64,000 bases of DNA from Ascoidea asiatica JCM 7603. Lineage: Eukaryota; Fungi; Ascomycota. The notes below the pieces were generated by a model. That model saw only the letters and a list, made by a program, of their open reading frames with translations. It searched no databases and was not told where the DNA came from. The translations under genes were made by a program, and so were the position numbers. This document shows positions 1-12,569 of the stretch, one piece after another (the first letter of the stretch is position 1; each line of letters starts with the position of its first letter). The stretch lies in contig BCKQ01000004.1 in assembly GCA_001600695.1 (NCBI GenBank), positions 1,435,205-1,499,204 on the forward strand, read 5' to 3'.

Positions 1-1430
1 GTTAAAATTGCAGTTATTGAAGCAATTAATAAAACTTCAAGTATATAATGATGATTAATAAATTTTTTTGTTCTAAACCAATTTGACCAAAAAGTTGAGA
101 ATTTACAAAATAAACCACCAAATATACCACCGGCAATACCAATAAATATAAAGAAAAATATTTCAAAAAATCTCCAATCGGAAGTATATTTAACTTCAAA
201 AGGTACAGTTTTTCCAGTACCATAAGGATTCAAAAATTTTAAACAAAGAATTGAAATCATTGCACAAAAGAAAGTTTGAAATAATTGATTATTTTGTAAG
301 AAGAAATAATTAACTTCTTCCAAAGAGAATAATACACCACCTAAAGGAGAACCAAAAGCCAAAGCAACACCAGCAGAAGCGGATGCGGATAATATTAATC
401 TTTTTTCTAATTGATTATCCGAAAATTTAGAGAATAATCTACAAGATATATTACCAACACAAGTAGCTAAATGAACATAAGGACCTTCTTTACCTAAAGA
501 TAAGCCTGAAGCAATTGCAAATATTAAACCAATTGATTTTGAAATTAAAGTATAAGTACCTAAGAATTTTCTGATAATATAACCAGATAATATAGTTTTA
601 ACTTCAGGAACACCAGAGCCATAACCAGTATATAATTCTCTTGAAAAATTTAAATTCTTTTCATTTATAATATTTGACTCATTTGAATTATTTGAATCAT
701 TGGAAGTATTTGAAACATTTAAAGTCTTCGATTTGGAATTTAAATCAGAATTTTTAGTTATTGTTGGATCAGTAGTTTTAGTTGAAAGGGTGATTAATAC
801 AGAAAGATAAGAGAAAAAATTAGTTAAAAGAAAATAAATTAAGAAATCATTGATTAAAAAATGATTATAAATTCTTAAATTAGATAAAAATTCCTCAGAT
901 TTATCAATAACAAAAGCAATAATTGAAAAAACTATTGAGATTATTAAAATTATTAACCAATTTTGAAAATTATAGAAAAATTTTTTTAGAAAAATTTTTT
1001 TTTTTTTATTATTATTATCATTATTTAAATTGAACTTTGAAGTTGATAGTTTAATTGAATACTGTAACCAATCAATTGTTGTGAAATCATCATAAAAATT
1101 TCTTTTTAATTTATATTTTTCTTGAATTTGATGATAATTTTTAAATTGAGAATCAGATAAAGAACCATAATTTTGTTGAATTTGATTTAAAGAATTATTA
1201 TCTATAAGAGAAGTAGATTCATGATTTTCATTATTACTATTACTGTTTTTATTATGATTAATATTAAAATTAAACTGTAAATTTTGCTTGGAAGGAGTTA
1301 ATAATAAAGGAGTATTAACATTAGAATGATTTTTACTTTGTATATTACTTGAAATTATATGAGATCTTATATTTGAAGTACTTGGTAAATGAATCATATG
1401 ATGATGAGGAGAATTTGAATTGATATTCAT
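1..1430 (-). CDS. CLC-family chloride channel/antiporter (GEF1-like), 5' part; runs off the left window edge
   Basis: Not in the ORF track because it has no stop in the window. ATG at 1430. Manual translation in one frame gives FYDDFTTIDW, GSGVPEVKTILSG, GLSLGKEGPYVH and AGVALAFGSPLGGVLFSLEE, which are CLC signature motifs. Confidence 0.93.
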   Translation of the reverse strand, partial: MNINSNSPHHHMIHLPSTSNIRSHIISSNIQSKNHSNVNTPLLLTPSKQNLQFNFNINHNKNSNSNNENHESTSLIDNNSLNQIQQNYGSLSDSQFKNYHQIQEKYKLKRNFYDDFTTIDWLQYSIKLSTSKFNLNNDNNNKKKKIFLKKFFYNFQNWLIILIISIVFSIIAFVIDKSEEFLSNLRIYNHFLINDFLIYFLLTNFFSYLSVLITLSTKTTDPTITKNSDLNSKSKTLNVSNTSNDSNNSNESNIINEKNLNFSRELYTGYGSGVPEVKTILSGYIIRKFLGTYTLISKSIGLIFAIASGLSLGKEGPYVHLATCVGNISCRLFSKFSDNQLEKRLILSASASAGVALAFGSPLGGVLFSLEEVNYFFLQNNQLFQTFFCAMISILCLKFLNPYGTGKTVPFEVKYTSDWRFFEIFFFIFIGIAGGIFGGLFCKFSTFWSNWFRTKKFINHHYILEVLLIASITAIL

Positions 1431-2422
1431 TTTGTATATTATGATTTAGATATGATATATTATACTAACAGAAAGATAAATTATTGAAAACTGGACTGTA
1501 ATATATATATATCTGATAAATCAACTATATATTTGCCAAACTTTTAATTTCTTTGGATATCTATTGACAAATGTGTATCTATTTATTTATTTACTTCTTT
1601 ATTTATCCGTAAGGGTTGGTATGTGAATAAGGGTGGTATTAAGAACTGGAATTAATAATTAAGGACAGGGAATTGGGAAATGGGAAATGAGTACCTTTGA
1701 AGTTGGCATTTGGATTAGAAAATGTAAACAGTGAGCAGATAAGAAACAAAAAAGAAAGAAGAGATAATGGAAAAGGAAGAAGAAGAAAGAGGTTTTCCTT
1801 TCTGTTTTTCAGTCTTTTCTTTTCTTTATATAGTTTTGTTTTTTAACCTTTATTTTATTTGTAATTCTTATTTCCATTGTTTATAAGCAGTAACCTTTTT
1901 TTTTTTTTTATCTATTTAATAAACCTTTATTTATTTATTTTTTTTATTTACTGATGGATCTTTTTATCTACGTATTTCTGCGGTGGTGGCTCTGATTCGA
2001 CAGCGATTAGATCAATTTACCAGAAGTGTGGCGATTAATGACCTCAGCGCCCAGACACTCGCCGCTTTAGCGCTACGCATGTGATCAAAAGTAAGCAAAT
2101 AAAAAAATAAGCACGCGTGCTTATATAATACAGTGCAAAAAACCAGAGGTATTCTAATGTTTTAACATGAATTATAATGTACAATAACATAATTATGAAT
2201 TAGTCATTTAATATATCCAGTTGTATGGGTGTAATGTATTAGATTGTATGAGTTTTTAAAAGTGCTTTATTGTTCATATTACTGCATTGGGCCCGTGGGT
2301 GTGGTAGCAGAATCAACTGCTATCGATTTAATATAAGTTACGAACGTTAGCTTTACAAAAAAGGTGTATTTTCTATTTTACTAATGATAGATAACAAATA
2401 GTCAGAGAAAGAGTAAATTTCA

Positions 2423-4051
2423 TTAATCTACTTTATGATCTGTTCTAGTGCTCACATTGTCTTTATCTTCTTTATTATTCTCATCAATCTCATTAATTTC
2501 ATTGATCTCATCAACATATTCATTATTCACATTTGATATTGGACCTTCATACCAATTCTTGGCACTTATAATCCACCATCCACCAGCTCCAATAAAAACT
2601 GCACCTAAAATTACAACTGTATAATTCATATTTTCCTTGGTAGCAGGCATATAATTGGGAAATACAAATACAATAGAAACAAATAATGTCCAAATACATG
2701 CATATATCATTATTGGTTTTTCAAATTTACCTAATGAAAATGGTCCTTTAATAATTTTCATTTTTTTATTATTAATCAAAAAACATCCAATCACTAAAAC
2801 ATATGACCAATCGGTTGCAATTGCACATGCTGAAAATATTGCATTCATTGCAATTGTTGATCCTAAATTAATTAATGTTAAAAGACACATAATTAAAACT
2901 AATAACCAAAGTGAATTTAATGGTACCCCAGTTTTTTTATTAATCTTACTCCAAGTTTTATAATATGGTATACCTTTGTCTCTTGCAAATGACCAAATAC
3001 CCCTTGAAGTTGAGCATGTTGCAACTGCCCCACAGAACCAAACAATTATAAAAGCTAATGATAAATATCCTGTTGCTGCTTTTTTACCCATTGCAATCAT
3101 ATAAATCTCAACAATTGGTTGTCCACTGGTTGTATTTAATATTGAATCTAAATCTGTACCCATGCACAATGTGAAAACAATAACTAAAATCCATCCTAGA
3201 ACTGCTGTTGTTGTTAATGCACTTGCTATAGCTAATGGTGTAAGATATGCTGCATTATGAGTTTCTTCAGACATTCTTGAAGTTGCATCATAACATGTCA
3301 TGACCCATGAAACATTTAAAAATCCAAATAAAAAGGCCCATCCATCATCTTTCCATCCAGTTGAATTAATAACTTTGGTGAAAGTATATTCTTTGGTATT
3401 AATTTTTGGACATTTAACTAATAAATGAATAATTAATGCAATTGTTGATCCAATATTAACAAAACAATAATATTTAGTAATTGATGATAAAACTTTTGTT
3501 GATAATGAATTTATAAGACCATGAGTAATCATAATTAAAATTGCAACTGCAGTTGTATGACCTTTTGTTGGAATATATGAATAATCAGTATTCATTGAAA
3601 TTATTGCTAATAATAAGGTTGCTGCTCCAAAATCTGTACTACAAGCTCCTGTTATCATACCAGTTAAATATAACCATCCATCAATCCAGCATGCTAATGG
3701 TACCCATTTCTCAGGCACTATTTTACTCAATGTATAATACATTCCACCTGATGTTGGAAAACATGATGTTATATGAGCTACAGACCATGCAATACAAAGA
3801 CATCCAATAGCCCCAACAAACCAACACCAAATTGCTGCTGCTGGTCCTCCTGACCAAAGTGGATATAAAAATGTAATTGAAATTGTACCCATTAAACCAG
3901 ATATTGATAATGCAAATGAAAATGTTGATAAAAAATCATAACCTCTATTGAATTCTTGCTTATAACCCATTTGAGCTAATTGAGCTGCATCCTCATCTAG
4001 AGTAATACCATTTCTTGATCTAATTGAAGTCACTTTTTCAACATCCCCCAT
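2423..4051 (-). CDS. APC-superfamily amino acid/GABA/choline/polyamine permease (UGA4/HNM1/TPO5 clade), paralog A
   Basis: 542 aa with ~12 TM segments. Motifs LAQMGYKQEFNR, FPTSGGMYY and YDATSRMSEET. Confidence 0.9.
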   Translation of the reverse strand: MGDVEKVTSIRSRNGITLDEDAAQLAQMGYKQEFNRGYDFLSTFSFALSISGLMGTISITFLYPLWSGGPAAAIWCWFVGAIGCLCIAWSVAHITSCFPTSGGMYYTLSKIVPEKWVPLACWIDGWLYLTGMITGACSTDFGAATLLLAIISMNTDYSYIPTKGHTTAVAILIMITHGLINSLSTKVLSSITKYYCFVNIGSTIALIIHLLVKCPKINTKEYTFTKVINSTGWKDDGWAFLFGFLNVSWVMTCYDATSRMSEETHNAAYLTPLAIASALTTTAVLGWILVIVFTLCMGTDLDSILNTTSGQPIVEIYMIAMGKKAATGYLSLAFIIVWFCGAVATCSTSRGIWSFARDKGIPYYKTWSKINKKTGVPLNSLWLLVLIMCLLTLINLGSTIAMNAIFSACAIATDWSYVLVIGCFLINNKKMKIIKGPFSLGKFEKPIMIYACIWTLFVSIVFVFPNYMPATKENMNYTVVILGAVFIGAGGWWIISAKNWYEGPISNVNNEYVDEINEINEIDENNKEDKDNVSTRTDHKVD

Positions 4052-6981
4052 TTTCAGTTACTTATATAAAAGTCTATCTTGATTCTTTCTTTTTTAATTA
4101 TAGTATAATGTGTTATGTAGATTTATTTTTTATTATCTTATTTTAAAAGGAAAAGGAGAAATTGAAAATAATCACAACTTTTAACTTATTTTATATAAAA
4201 ATAAAATATATTATTGAAGTTATAAATATACGGTATTGATAATGAATAAGATAATTCTTATTAACTAATATTGTTGGGTAATATTATCTAAATATGGAAA
4301 GTTGTCGTTTCTAAATAACTTTTGATGCCTTAGAATCTAATTTACTTATATTAGTTTTTATATTTATACTTGAATTCATAATATTTTTCACTTACAAATC
4401 TCTTTAACAAAATATTACAACTTTAAATTCAATAATCACTCTCATTTTCATGCTTAGGATTATTTTCTTATTATTGTTATTGAAACCAGTATTTTCTATT
4501 TCAGATTCTCATATGTTTTTTTAAGCATTTTGAAAAATTTTCGCCATTTCTCTCAGATGCAGCGTTTTACTTTCGCTTCTTTTCTTTAGAAAAACTTCCC
4601 GACTCGCGATATTTTATAGGCGACCACAAAACACAAAACAATCTCATAAAGAAAACAAAACTACAGTGAAATATAATAAAAGGGAAAAGTCAGTGAAAAA
4701 TTATGGAAAGCAATTAAAGCATACTAAAAGAAACAAGACCTTCTTTATGTGTGGTATTCTTTAGATCGTAACCAAGCATTTCTATTCAGGCTAAACTTAT
4801 GTGAAGCCTTCATTGTAACGGTTTTATTTTTCGATTTTAGTCTACTTTTCATTAAGACCCTCTCATTAGCCTGTTTTCATATTATAAAATAAATGCAGTT
4901 TAAAAGTTTTTTCTGATCAAGTACCAAAAGATAATTTGGGTTAGATGAGTATAGTGTATAAAAGTAATAGATTTGTTGTATAGTATGTTATTTTACTCAC
5001 TCACACATTTGTATCACCAAAGGACCCTTTAAATAGAGGAAATATTCTAAATTTTAAATCTTTTTATCTAAATTTATCAGAATAATTTTAAATTAAGCTT
5101 AAATTTAGAATCCATTGTTTAATTCATTGGTTCATCCCTGATTTATCCTAATTTATGTCATGATATTTTAATGATTAGCAATTTTTCAATTAAAAAATTC
5201 ATAAGCTCACATATTGTCAATGGCGCATGGAAAGAAGTTTCCGTTTTAGGAAATTTGTTTACACTGTGAATAATTATGAATTCTTTAATCAAATTTTATT
5301 TTATTTTATTTTGGCTTTGGTTTTGGCTTTCGATAAGGCAGACATACATAAATTTCAATTAAAAAATTTACACAAAGGAAAACATTCTTTTACAAGCTTT
5401 TGTTATTAATTAAATTCAAACTTTTGATGTACTGTAGCTGAATTTCAATGGGTTAAAAAAGAGTTTATTTAACTGTTTAATCTTTTTAAGACTATTCTTT
5501 TATAATATAATATCTTCACCTATCTAAATGTAATATTTGATAAACTGTTGTTTAAAATTCTTTTCTTTTCTAGTAAACTGACGATAAAAGAGAAAATTAA
5601 ACTGAGTAAAAACTCATAAGTTAATCATATTGCATTGTTCAAACTAATTGAATAAAATAAGAAGTTTTCCCTTGATTCCTAATCTAAAAATTTATCAATT
5701 TAAGACCACTTAATTTGACGTGAAAAAATATATAGTGAATATGTCTTGATTTGATTGATTTGATTTCCAGTTTTCTAAAATTCAATTTTTTTAAATTCAG
5801 AAACTAATACAATTGGACCCTTAAACAATAAATATGTAAAATGGATTTGATTATTTCAAGACATACAAAATATTTAAGTAATTTGAAGCAATAAAATCAA
5901 AATTGAAAAAATTATTAATCACCAAGATTTTATTCTTACTTGATCAAGTAATAATACAGCAGAATTTTAAAATCTTTAAAGCAGAAAAGTTGATTTACTA
6001 CTTTTTTAACATAAGATTATTTGAAAAAGTGACGATATATGTTTCCTAATTAGGAATTTAGTTTACATATATAAGTAAACTCAAGCTATTTTATTCAAAG
6101 AAAAGCTTTCACCATCCCTCAAAAGCTATATTTTTTGACATTATTAATTTGGCTCTTTCTCTTAAATAATTTTGAAGCCAAAATGCTCTATCTAAATTAT
6201 TTCTTCTGTGTGATCATGAACTCCTCTTTATTTGATCTTCAATTTAACCAACAACACTTAGAAATAATAGTCTCAAAATACTTGAGTCAAATCGGAAAAA
6301 TACTCGCTAAAAAGAATATCGAATGTGATTTCTTTTTCTGGAAGGAACTTTAGCGAAGGGCACAGAGATCTGCGCTGCATGCAGCTTCCAATTTTTTAAA
6401 TTAGCAAATGGCGTTAATAAATTGATCAACCAACAACCTGGGCAACAATAAATAAGGACTTAAAAATAAGCTTTAACGCCCACAGGTTACAGCATTTTAT
6501 TGGGAATGCGTTGTCACTTTGAGTTAAACTCTAAAAAATTCTTTATTCGGGATATTATATTTCCAATTTGTCTTATCCGGATTCAATTTTTGATATTCAT
6601 ACACAGTTTTGAAAACATTCTTCCAGACAAAATTTATTTGCTAAATAGATACCAGAAGAGGGAAAAGAACACAAAATAACAAAACAATATTATACAAAAC
6701 TTAAAAATAGTTAAATAGTAAATGATTGATCTGAAATTTTTTAACGTCAGGAAAAATTCTGTAATATTTACAGTAATAACAGTGAATGAGCTTTGATATA
6801 AAATACGTCTTTAAATTATTTTATTGATCAATAAGTATTAAGAAGAAAAGTATTAAAAAAGCAGAAATATTAAATAAATATATAATTAACAATCATAAGT
6901 AATGAAGAAGAGCTATAATCCATAAAATCAAAAAAAATTTGTGAATGTAAGATGGTATAGATCTAAGTTATAAAACATATA

Positions 6982-8805
6982 TTAATGACTTAAGACATAA
7001 TCACCTCCCCATCTTGGAGCATTAACAATGATTCCCATAAGAATACCAGAAACCAATCCTGCGCAAGGTAAAGTGATCATCCAACCAAGATAAATCCAAA
7101 GAACCATTCTCCAGTTAACAGCTTTCAAATCTTTATTACATAATCCAACAAACACAGTTGCTCCAACTGCAGATTGTGTAGTTGATACAGGAATAGCATA
7201 CTGAGAAGCAAGAATAACTGTTAAAGCAGCGCCTAACTCAATAGAAAATCCTCTTGAAGGAGATTGTAATATAAGTCTATTACCTAAATTTCTCATTATA
7301 TGGTATCCATAAGTCAATAACCCAATAACTAAAGCTGCTGCTGCATAACATAAAATCCAAACTGGTACATCTGCTTTTTTTGCTACAGTATTCGATCTCC
7401 AAACTAAATAGACTGTTGATAAAGGTCCAACTGCATTCGAAATATCATTTGATCCATGAGCAAAACTCATTGTTGTTGCAGTAATAGCTTGTAAAATTGA
7501 AAACATAAATTCAACTTTATTATCATAAGTTTTAGATTTTAAATGCATTTGTTTTAAATTTGTTGATAACACTGATTTTTCATTCATTTGATCAGAAATT
7601 ATATCTTTAGTTAATCCATGAATTAAGAATAACCAGATTAATTTAGGCCATTGTTTTGGCTTTTTAAGCATACTAAACCAAAGCTTTCTTGTACTCATTT
7701 TATCTTTGTTTTCAATTTCTTCCAATTTAGAAGGATGTCTTTCATCTGAATTTATACCTTGAACTTCAATTGAAGAAATTTTATCTTTTGAATTAGTAGT
7801 TTCATTTTCATTTTCGTTTTCATTTTCAACTCCAATTCCAGTTCCGGTTCCAGTTCCAGTTCCAATACCATTACCTTCATTTCTTTCAATATCATTAGTA
7901 TGAGATTGGGTAGTTTGTTCTTGATCAGTGTCAGAATAACGTCTACCTTTATAATAATCAATGGTTAATTCATGACCTTCAGGCATTGGAGGAATATTAT
8001 CAACTGACATAAACCAAAATGCAGGGCCTCTTATAACATCATAGTATTTTAGAGTCCAATCTTTATGAACTAATTTTCTTTTATAATATGGAAAAAAAAA
8101 TAAGAAATAAATGAAACAAGCAACACCACCAACCCCAAATATTGCACCACAAGTTGTTCTAGTTGATAAATCATCAAGATTTAATTTGGGAGCACCTTTA
8201 TAAACAATTAACATAGTTAAAACTGAAAAAGTTAAATAAACTAAAGCACCGACATAAAATAAAGCATTTCTTAAGGAATGTTTTCTTTCTAAAACACAAT
8301 ATTTAGATAATAAAAAAGTAACACTTGCAAAACCACCTGCAAGGCATGGTGCAATAAACCAACTTGCAATAATTTGAGAAAATCCATTCCAACCCCAATG
8401 AATATCAGAACCGGCAGCAATACCAGCACCAATAATTCCACCAACAATTGAATGAGTTGTTGAAACAGGCATACCCATTGAAGTAGCTAAAGTTAACCAT
8501 AAAGAAGAGCCAATAATTGCACAGGTCATTGATAATAATAATACAGCAGGAGTTTCTTCAAATGAGGATATATCTAAAATTTTTGATCTAATTGTATCAG
8601 TAACTCTTGAACCAGCTAGAACTGCACCTAGAAATTCTGCCAAACTTGCTAGAAACATAGCCTGAGGATAAGTTAAAGATCTTGAAGAAACAGAAGAAGC
8701 AAAAGAATTAGCTACATCATTTGCACCAATATTCCAAGCATCTAAGAATGCAAAGATCATTGTAATTGCAAATAGATAGTCGAAATCATGAATTGCATAA
8801 GTCAT
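6982..8805 (-). CDS. PHO89: Na+/phosphate symporter, PiT family
   Basis: 607 aa with both PiT repeats (AWNIGANDVANSF; SFAHGSNDISNAVGPL), PVSTTHSIVG and GFSIELGAALTV. Confidence 0.95.
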   Translation of the reverse strand: MTYAIHDFDYLFAITMIFAFLDAWNIGANDVANSFASSVSSRSLTYPQAMFLASLAEFLGAVLAGSRVTDTIRSKILDISSFEETPAVLLLSMTCAIIGSSLWLTLATSMGMPVSTTHSIVGGIIGAGIAAGSDIHWGWNGFSQIIASWFIAPCLAGGFASVTFLLSKYCVLERKHSLRNALFYVGALVYLTFSVLTMLIVYKGAPKLNLDDLSTRTTCGAIFGVGGVACFIYFLFFFPYYKRKLVHKDWTLKYYDVIRGPAFWFMSVDNIPPMPEGHELTIDYYKGRRYSDTDQEQTTQSHTNDIERNEGNGIGTGTGTGTGIGVENENENENETTNSKDKISSIEVQGINSDERHPSKLEEIENKDKMSTRKLWFSMLKKPKQWPKLIWLFLIHGLTKDIISDQMNEKSVLSTNLKQMHLKSKTYDNKVEFMFSILQAITATTMSFAHGSNDISNAVGPLSTVYLVWRSNTVAKKADVPVWILCYAAAALVIGLLTYGYHIMRNLGNRLILQSPSRGFSIELGAALTVILASQYAIPVSTTQSAVGATVFVGLCNKDLKAVNWRMVLWIYLGWMITLPCAGLVSGILMGIIVNAPRWGGDYVLSH

Positions 8806-9043
8806 TTTTAAAATGTGAAATTTAAAATGTTATATAATTAATGAATTTTAGATCTAAAGATCTAAATAAATAAGGAATTAGAAAATTGAAGAGTCTGAGA
8901 ATTCAAGAATTGATTGCAATTAAGATTGTATTTGATAGTGAATAAACAAAATATAATATTATATTTAAAAACAAATAAAATACAAAAAGTAAAAAAAAGG
9001 TAATAGTTATAGGGAATTTATAGCCTATTTATATTAGACAATT

Positions 9044-9967
9044 AACGTGGATTTTGAAAAGGATTGACTTTAGAAATATTAAATGGATATTTTGAATGAA
9101 AACATTTTGAAGGAGAATTTTATTGATTAATTGATGAAAGGACTGTGAAATAAAATAATAAGTAAACTGAATTAAAAAATTGCCAAGAATTAATAACATA
9201 AGATGAATTTAGAAATTTACTTTCTGTAAAAGATTTTTTTTTTCTTTGTATTTCTTTTTATTTTAAAAGAGAAAAAACATATCTTCATAAAAGTATTAAA
9301 GAGCTAAAATAATTGGAACATGCTTTATTACAAGTCTTCAAATATTTTTTACAACAGTTTTTCATCAAAAGTGCAAAATGGAAGTAAATTTGAGATCGGA
9401 TCTCTTTAGTAATTGCTATAAAGCAGTTTAGTTATTTTTCAGATTTTTTTTGAAGGTATTTTGAAACAAACGTTACTATTTCAAATAGCAAATAATAATA
9501 GAAAACACAATGTGTTGATATTGGATAATATTGTGTAATATGCTTTAATTCAGGGTTTGACATTTAGAGGAGAATAACCCTGAAGACCCTGAAGCAAAGA
9601 CTGGAATCAGAGAAAACAGAAGTAACTGGAAATAGAACCGAAGACAACCCAAAAACCACTGACGAATGAGAGGCTGTTAATGAGCAACGTGGGCGATGAT
9701 AAAAGGGTGCCAAGAAACCAGAAACGTTGGAGAAACAAGAGCTGTAGTGCAGTAGTGAAACTGCCAGTATTAACATACTAAAAACAAGCAAAGGAAGCAG
9801 TGTCAAAAAAAGCAAACTCAAAGGAAGCAAAACCACCATTGGAAACTGGTAAGAAACCAATATCGACTGTGATTCAGTGGCAGCTGTAACAAAAAGAGGC
9901 AAACCACCAGTGCCAAGAAGAAATTGCCCAGAACTTGAGGTGGAAACCCACTAACAATCACCACGTT
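9044..9967. promoter_or_regulatory. PHO89 upstream region with candidate Pho4, Rim101/PacC and Crz1 sites
   Basis: AACGTG/CACGTT at 9044, 9686 and 9962. TGCCAAG at 9181, 9708 and 9911. GAGGCTG at 9670. These match phosphate, alkaline-pH and calcineurin regulators known for PHO89. Confidence 0.55.
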
Positions 9968-10671
9968 TTCTGAAGGAGCATTGGAGAAAGAATGAGAATA
10001 AGATAGAAAAGGATGTAATATGTATATAATATATTTGTTACAAATGAAAAACCGTTATAATATTCTCAGCATGACAAAAAAAAGAATTGAATACTATGCA
10101 TTGATGAATCTCAAAAGAAGCTCTCTTAAACTCTTTTATTTTGGAGATTTCTGTTTCTTTTAGAATCAGGTCTATTTCTGTTCGAAAGAGTAGTGAAGTT
10201 AACATTCGTAACGGTGTGTGTCTTAGGATTAGATTACATTGCATTAGTATGGGGAGCTGGCAAAAGAGTCGGCGCTTAAGCTCCTGTTTTCTATGCTCAG
10301 TGGCAAATAAAAATCGATTTAGAAGAAAATGAATTTAGAAGAAAATAAATATATTTAAGAAGACTGAAATCACTAATGAGAACTATGCAAACCTGTCATA
10401 TTGTTCTAAAAAAATGAATCTAAATACTAATTAGAAAATGAAGAGCTTGAGAAAATGAAGTGCTATTATATGTAGATATAAAAAAAAAAGAAGAGCAGAT
10501 TATTATAAAATCAAAGTGTTCAAATCAAATAATAAAATCAAATAAAATAAAATTAAATCAATGATTGAAACTTTGAAAAGAAAAACAAAAACTATAAATA
10601 ATCAGATAAATTAATAATTAGAAAAAGCGTTTAAATATAACAAAAGAATAATACAAATTTAAAGTATTTGA

Positions 10672-12360
10672 CTATTCAGTTGCAGTATCTGTTTTCTCAG
10701 ATGATCCAATATTTCTTTTAGTTAATTGAGGATTTTGAGCTAAAGCTGAAGTATTAATTGGTGAAAGACCATCAACAACTTTAACATAATCTTCATCAAC
10801 ATTGGAAACTGGACCTTCATACCAATTTTTAGCACTTACAAGCCACCATCCACCGGCTCCAATAAATACAAATCCTAAAATTACAACTGTATAATTCATA
10901 TTTTCTTTGGTAACTGGCATATAATTTGGGAATACAAATACAATTGAAACAAATAATGTCCAAATACATGCATAACTCATAACTGGTTTTGACCATTTAC
11001 CTAAATGGAATGGACCTTTTTTAATTTGTAATCTATCTGCATTTTTAACATAAAGTGCAATAACTGTAACATATGACCAATCTGTTGCAATTGCACAGGC
11101 TGAAAAGATTGCATTCATTGCAATTGTTGAACCTAAATTAATTAAACATAAACAACAATTAATAAAAACAATTGCCCAAACAGCATTAATTGGAACTTTA
11201 GATTTTTCTGTAACTTTACACCAAATTTTATGATATGGTACACCTTTATCTCTTGCAAATGACCAAATACCTCTTGAAGTTGAACAAATTGCAACTGCAC
11301 CACAAAACCATAAAATAACAAATGCTAATGATAAATAAGCTGTTGCTGCACTTTTTCCCATTGAATCAAAATATAATTGAACAATTGGTTGTCCACTGGT
11401 TGTATTTAATAATGAATCTAAATTGGTACCCATACATAATGTGAAAACAATAACTAAAACCCATCCTAAAACTGCAGTTGTTGTTAATGCACTTGCAATA
11501 GCTAATGGAGTTTGAGTTGAAGCATTATGAGTTTCTTCAGACATTCTTGAAGTTGCATCATAACATGTCATAACCCATGAAACATTTAAAAATCCAAATA
11601 AAAAGGCCCATCCATCATCTTTCCATCCAGTTGAATTAATAACTTTGGTGAAAGTATATTCTTTGGTATTAATTTTTGGACATTTAACTAATAAATGAAT
11701 AATTAATGCAATTGTTGATCCAATATTAACAAAACAATAATATTTAGTAATTGATGATAAAACTTTTGTTGATAATGAATTTATAAGACCATGAGTAATT
11801 AAAATTAAAATTGCAACTGCGGTTGTATGACCTTTTGTTGGAATATATGAATAATCACTATACATTGAAACAATTGCTAATAATAATGTTGCTGCACCAA
11901 AATCTGTACTACAAGCACCAGTTATCATACCAGTTAAATATAACCAACCATCAATCCAACAAACTATTGGAACATACTTTTTATCAACAACTTTACTTGC
12001 AATATAATACATACCACCAGAAGTTGGAAATGCAGAAGTTAATTCAGCTACAGACCATGCAATACAAAGACAACCAATTGCTCCAACGAACCAACACCAA
12101 ACACCAGCAGCTGGACCACCAGACCATAATGGATATAAAAATGTAATTGAAATTGTACCCATTAAACCAGAAATTGATAATGCAAAAGAAAATGTTGATA
12201 AGAAATCATAACCTCTATTGAATTCTTGTTTATAACCCATTTGAGCTAATTGAGCTGCATCTTCATCTAAAGTAATACCATTTGCAGATACTATTGAAGT
12301 AAGTCTTTCAACATCTTTTGTTGATTGAACTGGTTGAACTTTTTCATCAATTGAAGACAT
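10672..12360 (-). CDS. APC-superfamily amino acid/GABA/choline/polyamine permease, paralog B
   Basis: 562 aa, closely similar to 2423-4051 along its length, with the same motifs. Confidence 0.9.
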   Translation of the reverse strand: MSSIDEKVQPVQSTKDVERLTSIVSANGITLDEDAAQLAQMGYKQEFNRGYDFLSTFSFALSISGLMGTISITFLYPLWSGGPAAGVWCWFVGAIGCLCIAWSVAELTSAFPTSGGMYYIASKVVDKKYVPIVCWIDGWLYLTGMITGACSTDFGAATLLLAIVSMYSDYSYIPTKGHTTAVAILILITHGLINSLSTKVLSSITKYYCFVNIGSTIALIIHLLVKCPKINTKEYTFTKVINSTGWKDDGWAFLFGFLNVSWVMTCYDATSRMSEETHNASTQTPLAIASALTTTAVLGWVLVIVFTLCMGTNLDSLLNTTSGQPIVQLYFDSMGKSAATAYLSLAFVILWFCGAVAICSTSRGIWSFARDKGVPYHKIWCKVTEKSKVPINAVWAIVFINCCLCLINLGSTIAMNAIFSACAIATDWSYVTVIALYVKNADRLQIKKGPFHLGKWSKPVMSYACIWTLFVSIVFVFPNYMPVTKENMNYTVVILGFVFIGAGGWWLVSAKNWYEGPVSNVDEDYVKVVDGLSPINTSALAQNPQLTKRNIGSSEKTDTATE

Positions 12361-12569
12361 TTTTCAGAAAAAAAAATATTGCTTCTTTGTTATTAGATAT
12401 AATATATTATATTTAATGTATATTAAGTTATAATATGTTAAAGTATTATTATCCTTATGATGATGATTAAGATAATTTTATATTCTATTATATTATATTA
12501 TATTATATTATATTATATTGTATTTTCAATAGTGAAAATAATACTAATGAACAATAATAAGGTAGAATG

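Noticed and set aside
990-1010. Possible frameshift in the CLC gene at the long T homopolymer
   Set aside because: Motifs on both sides (Trp codons at 1070 and 959, GSG at 620) are in the same frame as the ATG at 1430.
2655-3810. Antisense or alternate-frame ORFs inside real genes (also within 6982-8805, 10672-12360, 24414-28412, 30284-31516, 37525-38898, 41351-42619)
   Set aside because: Shadow ORFs caused by codon bias and low-complexity sequence.
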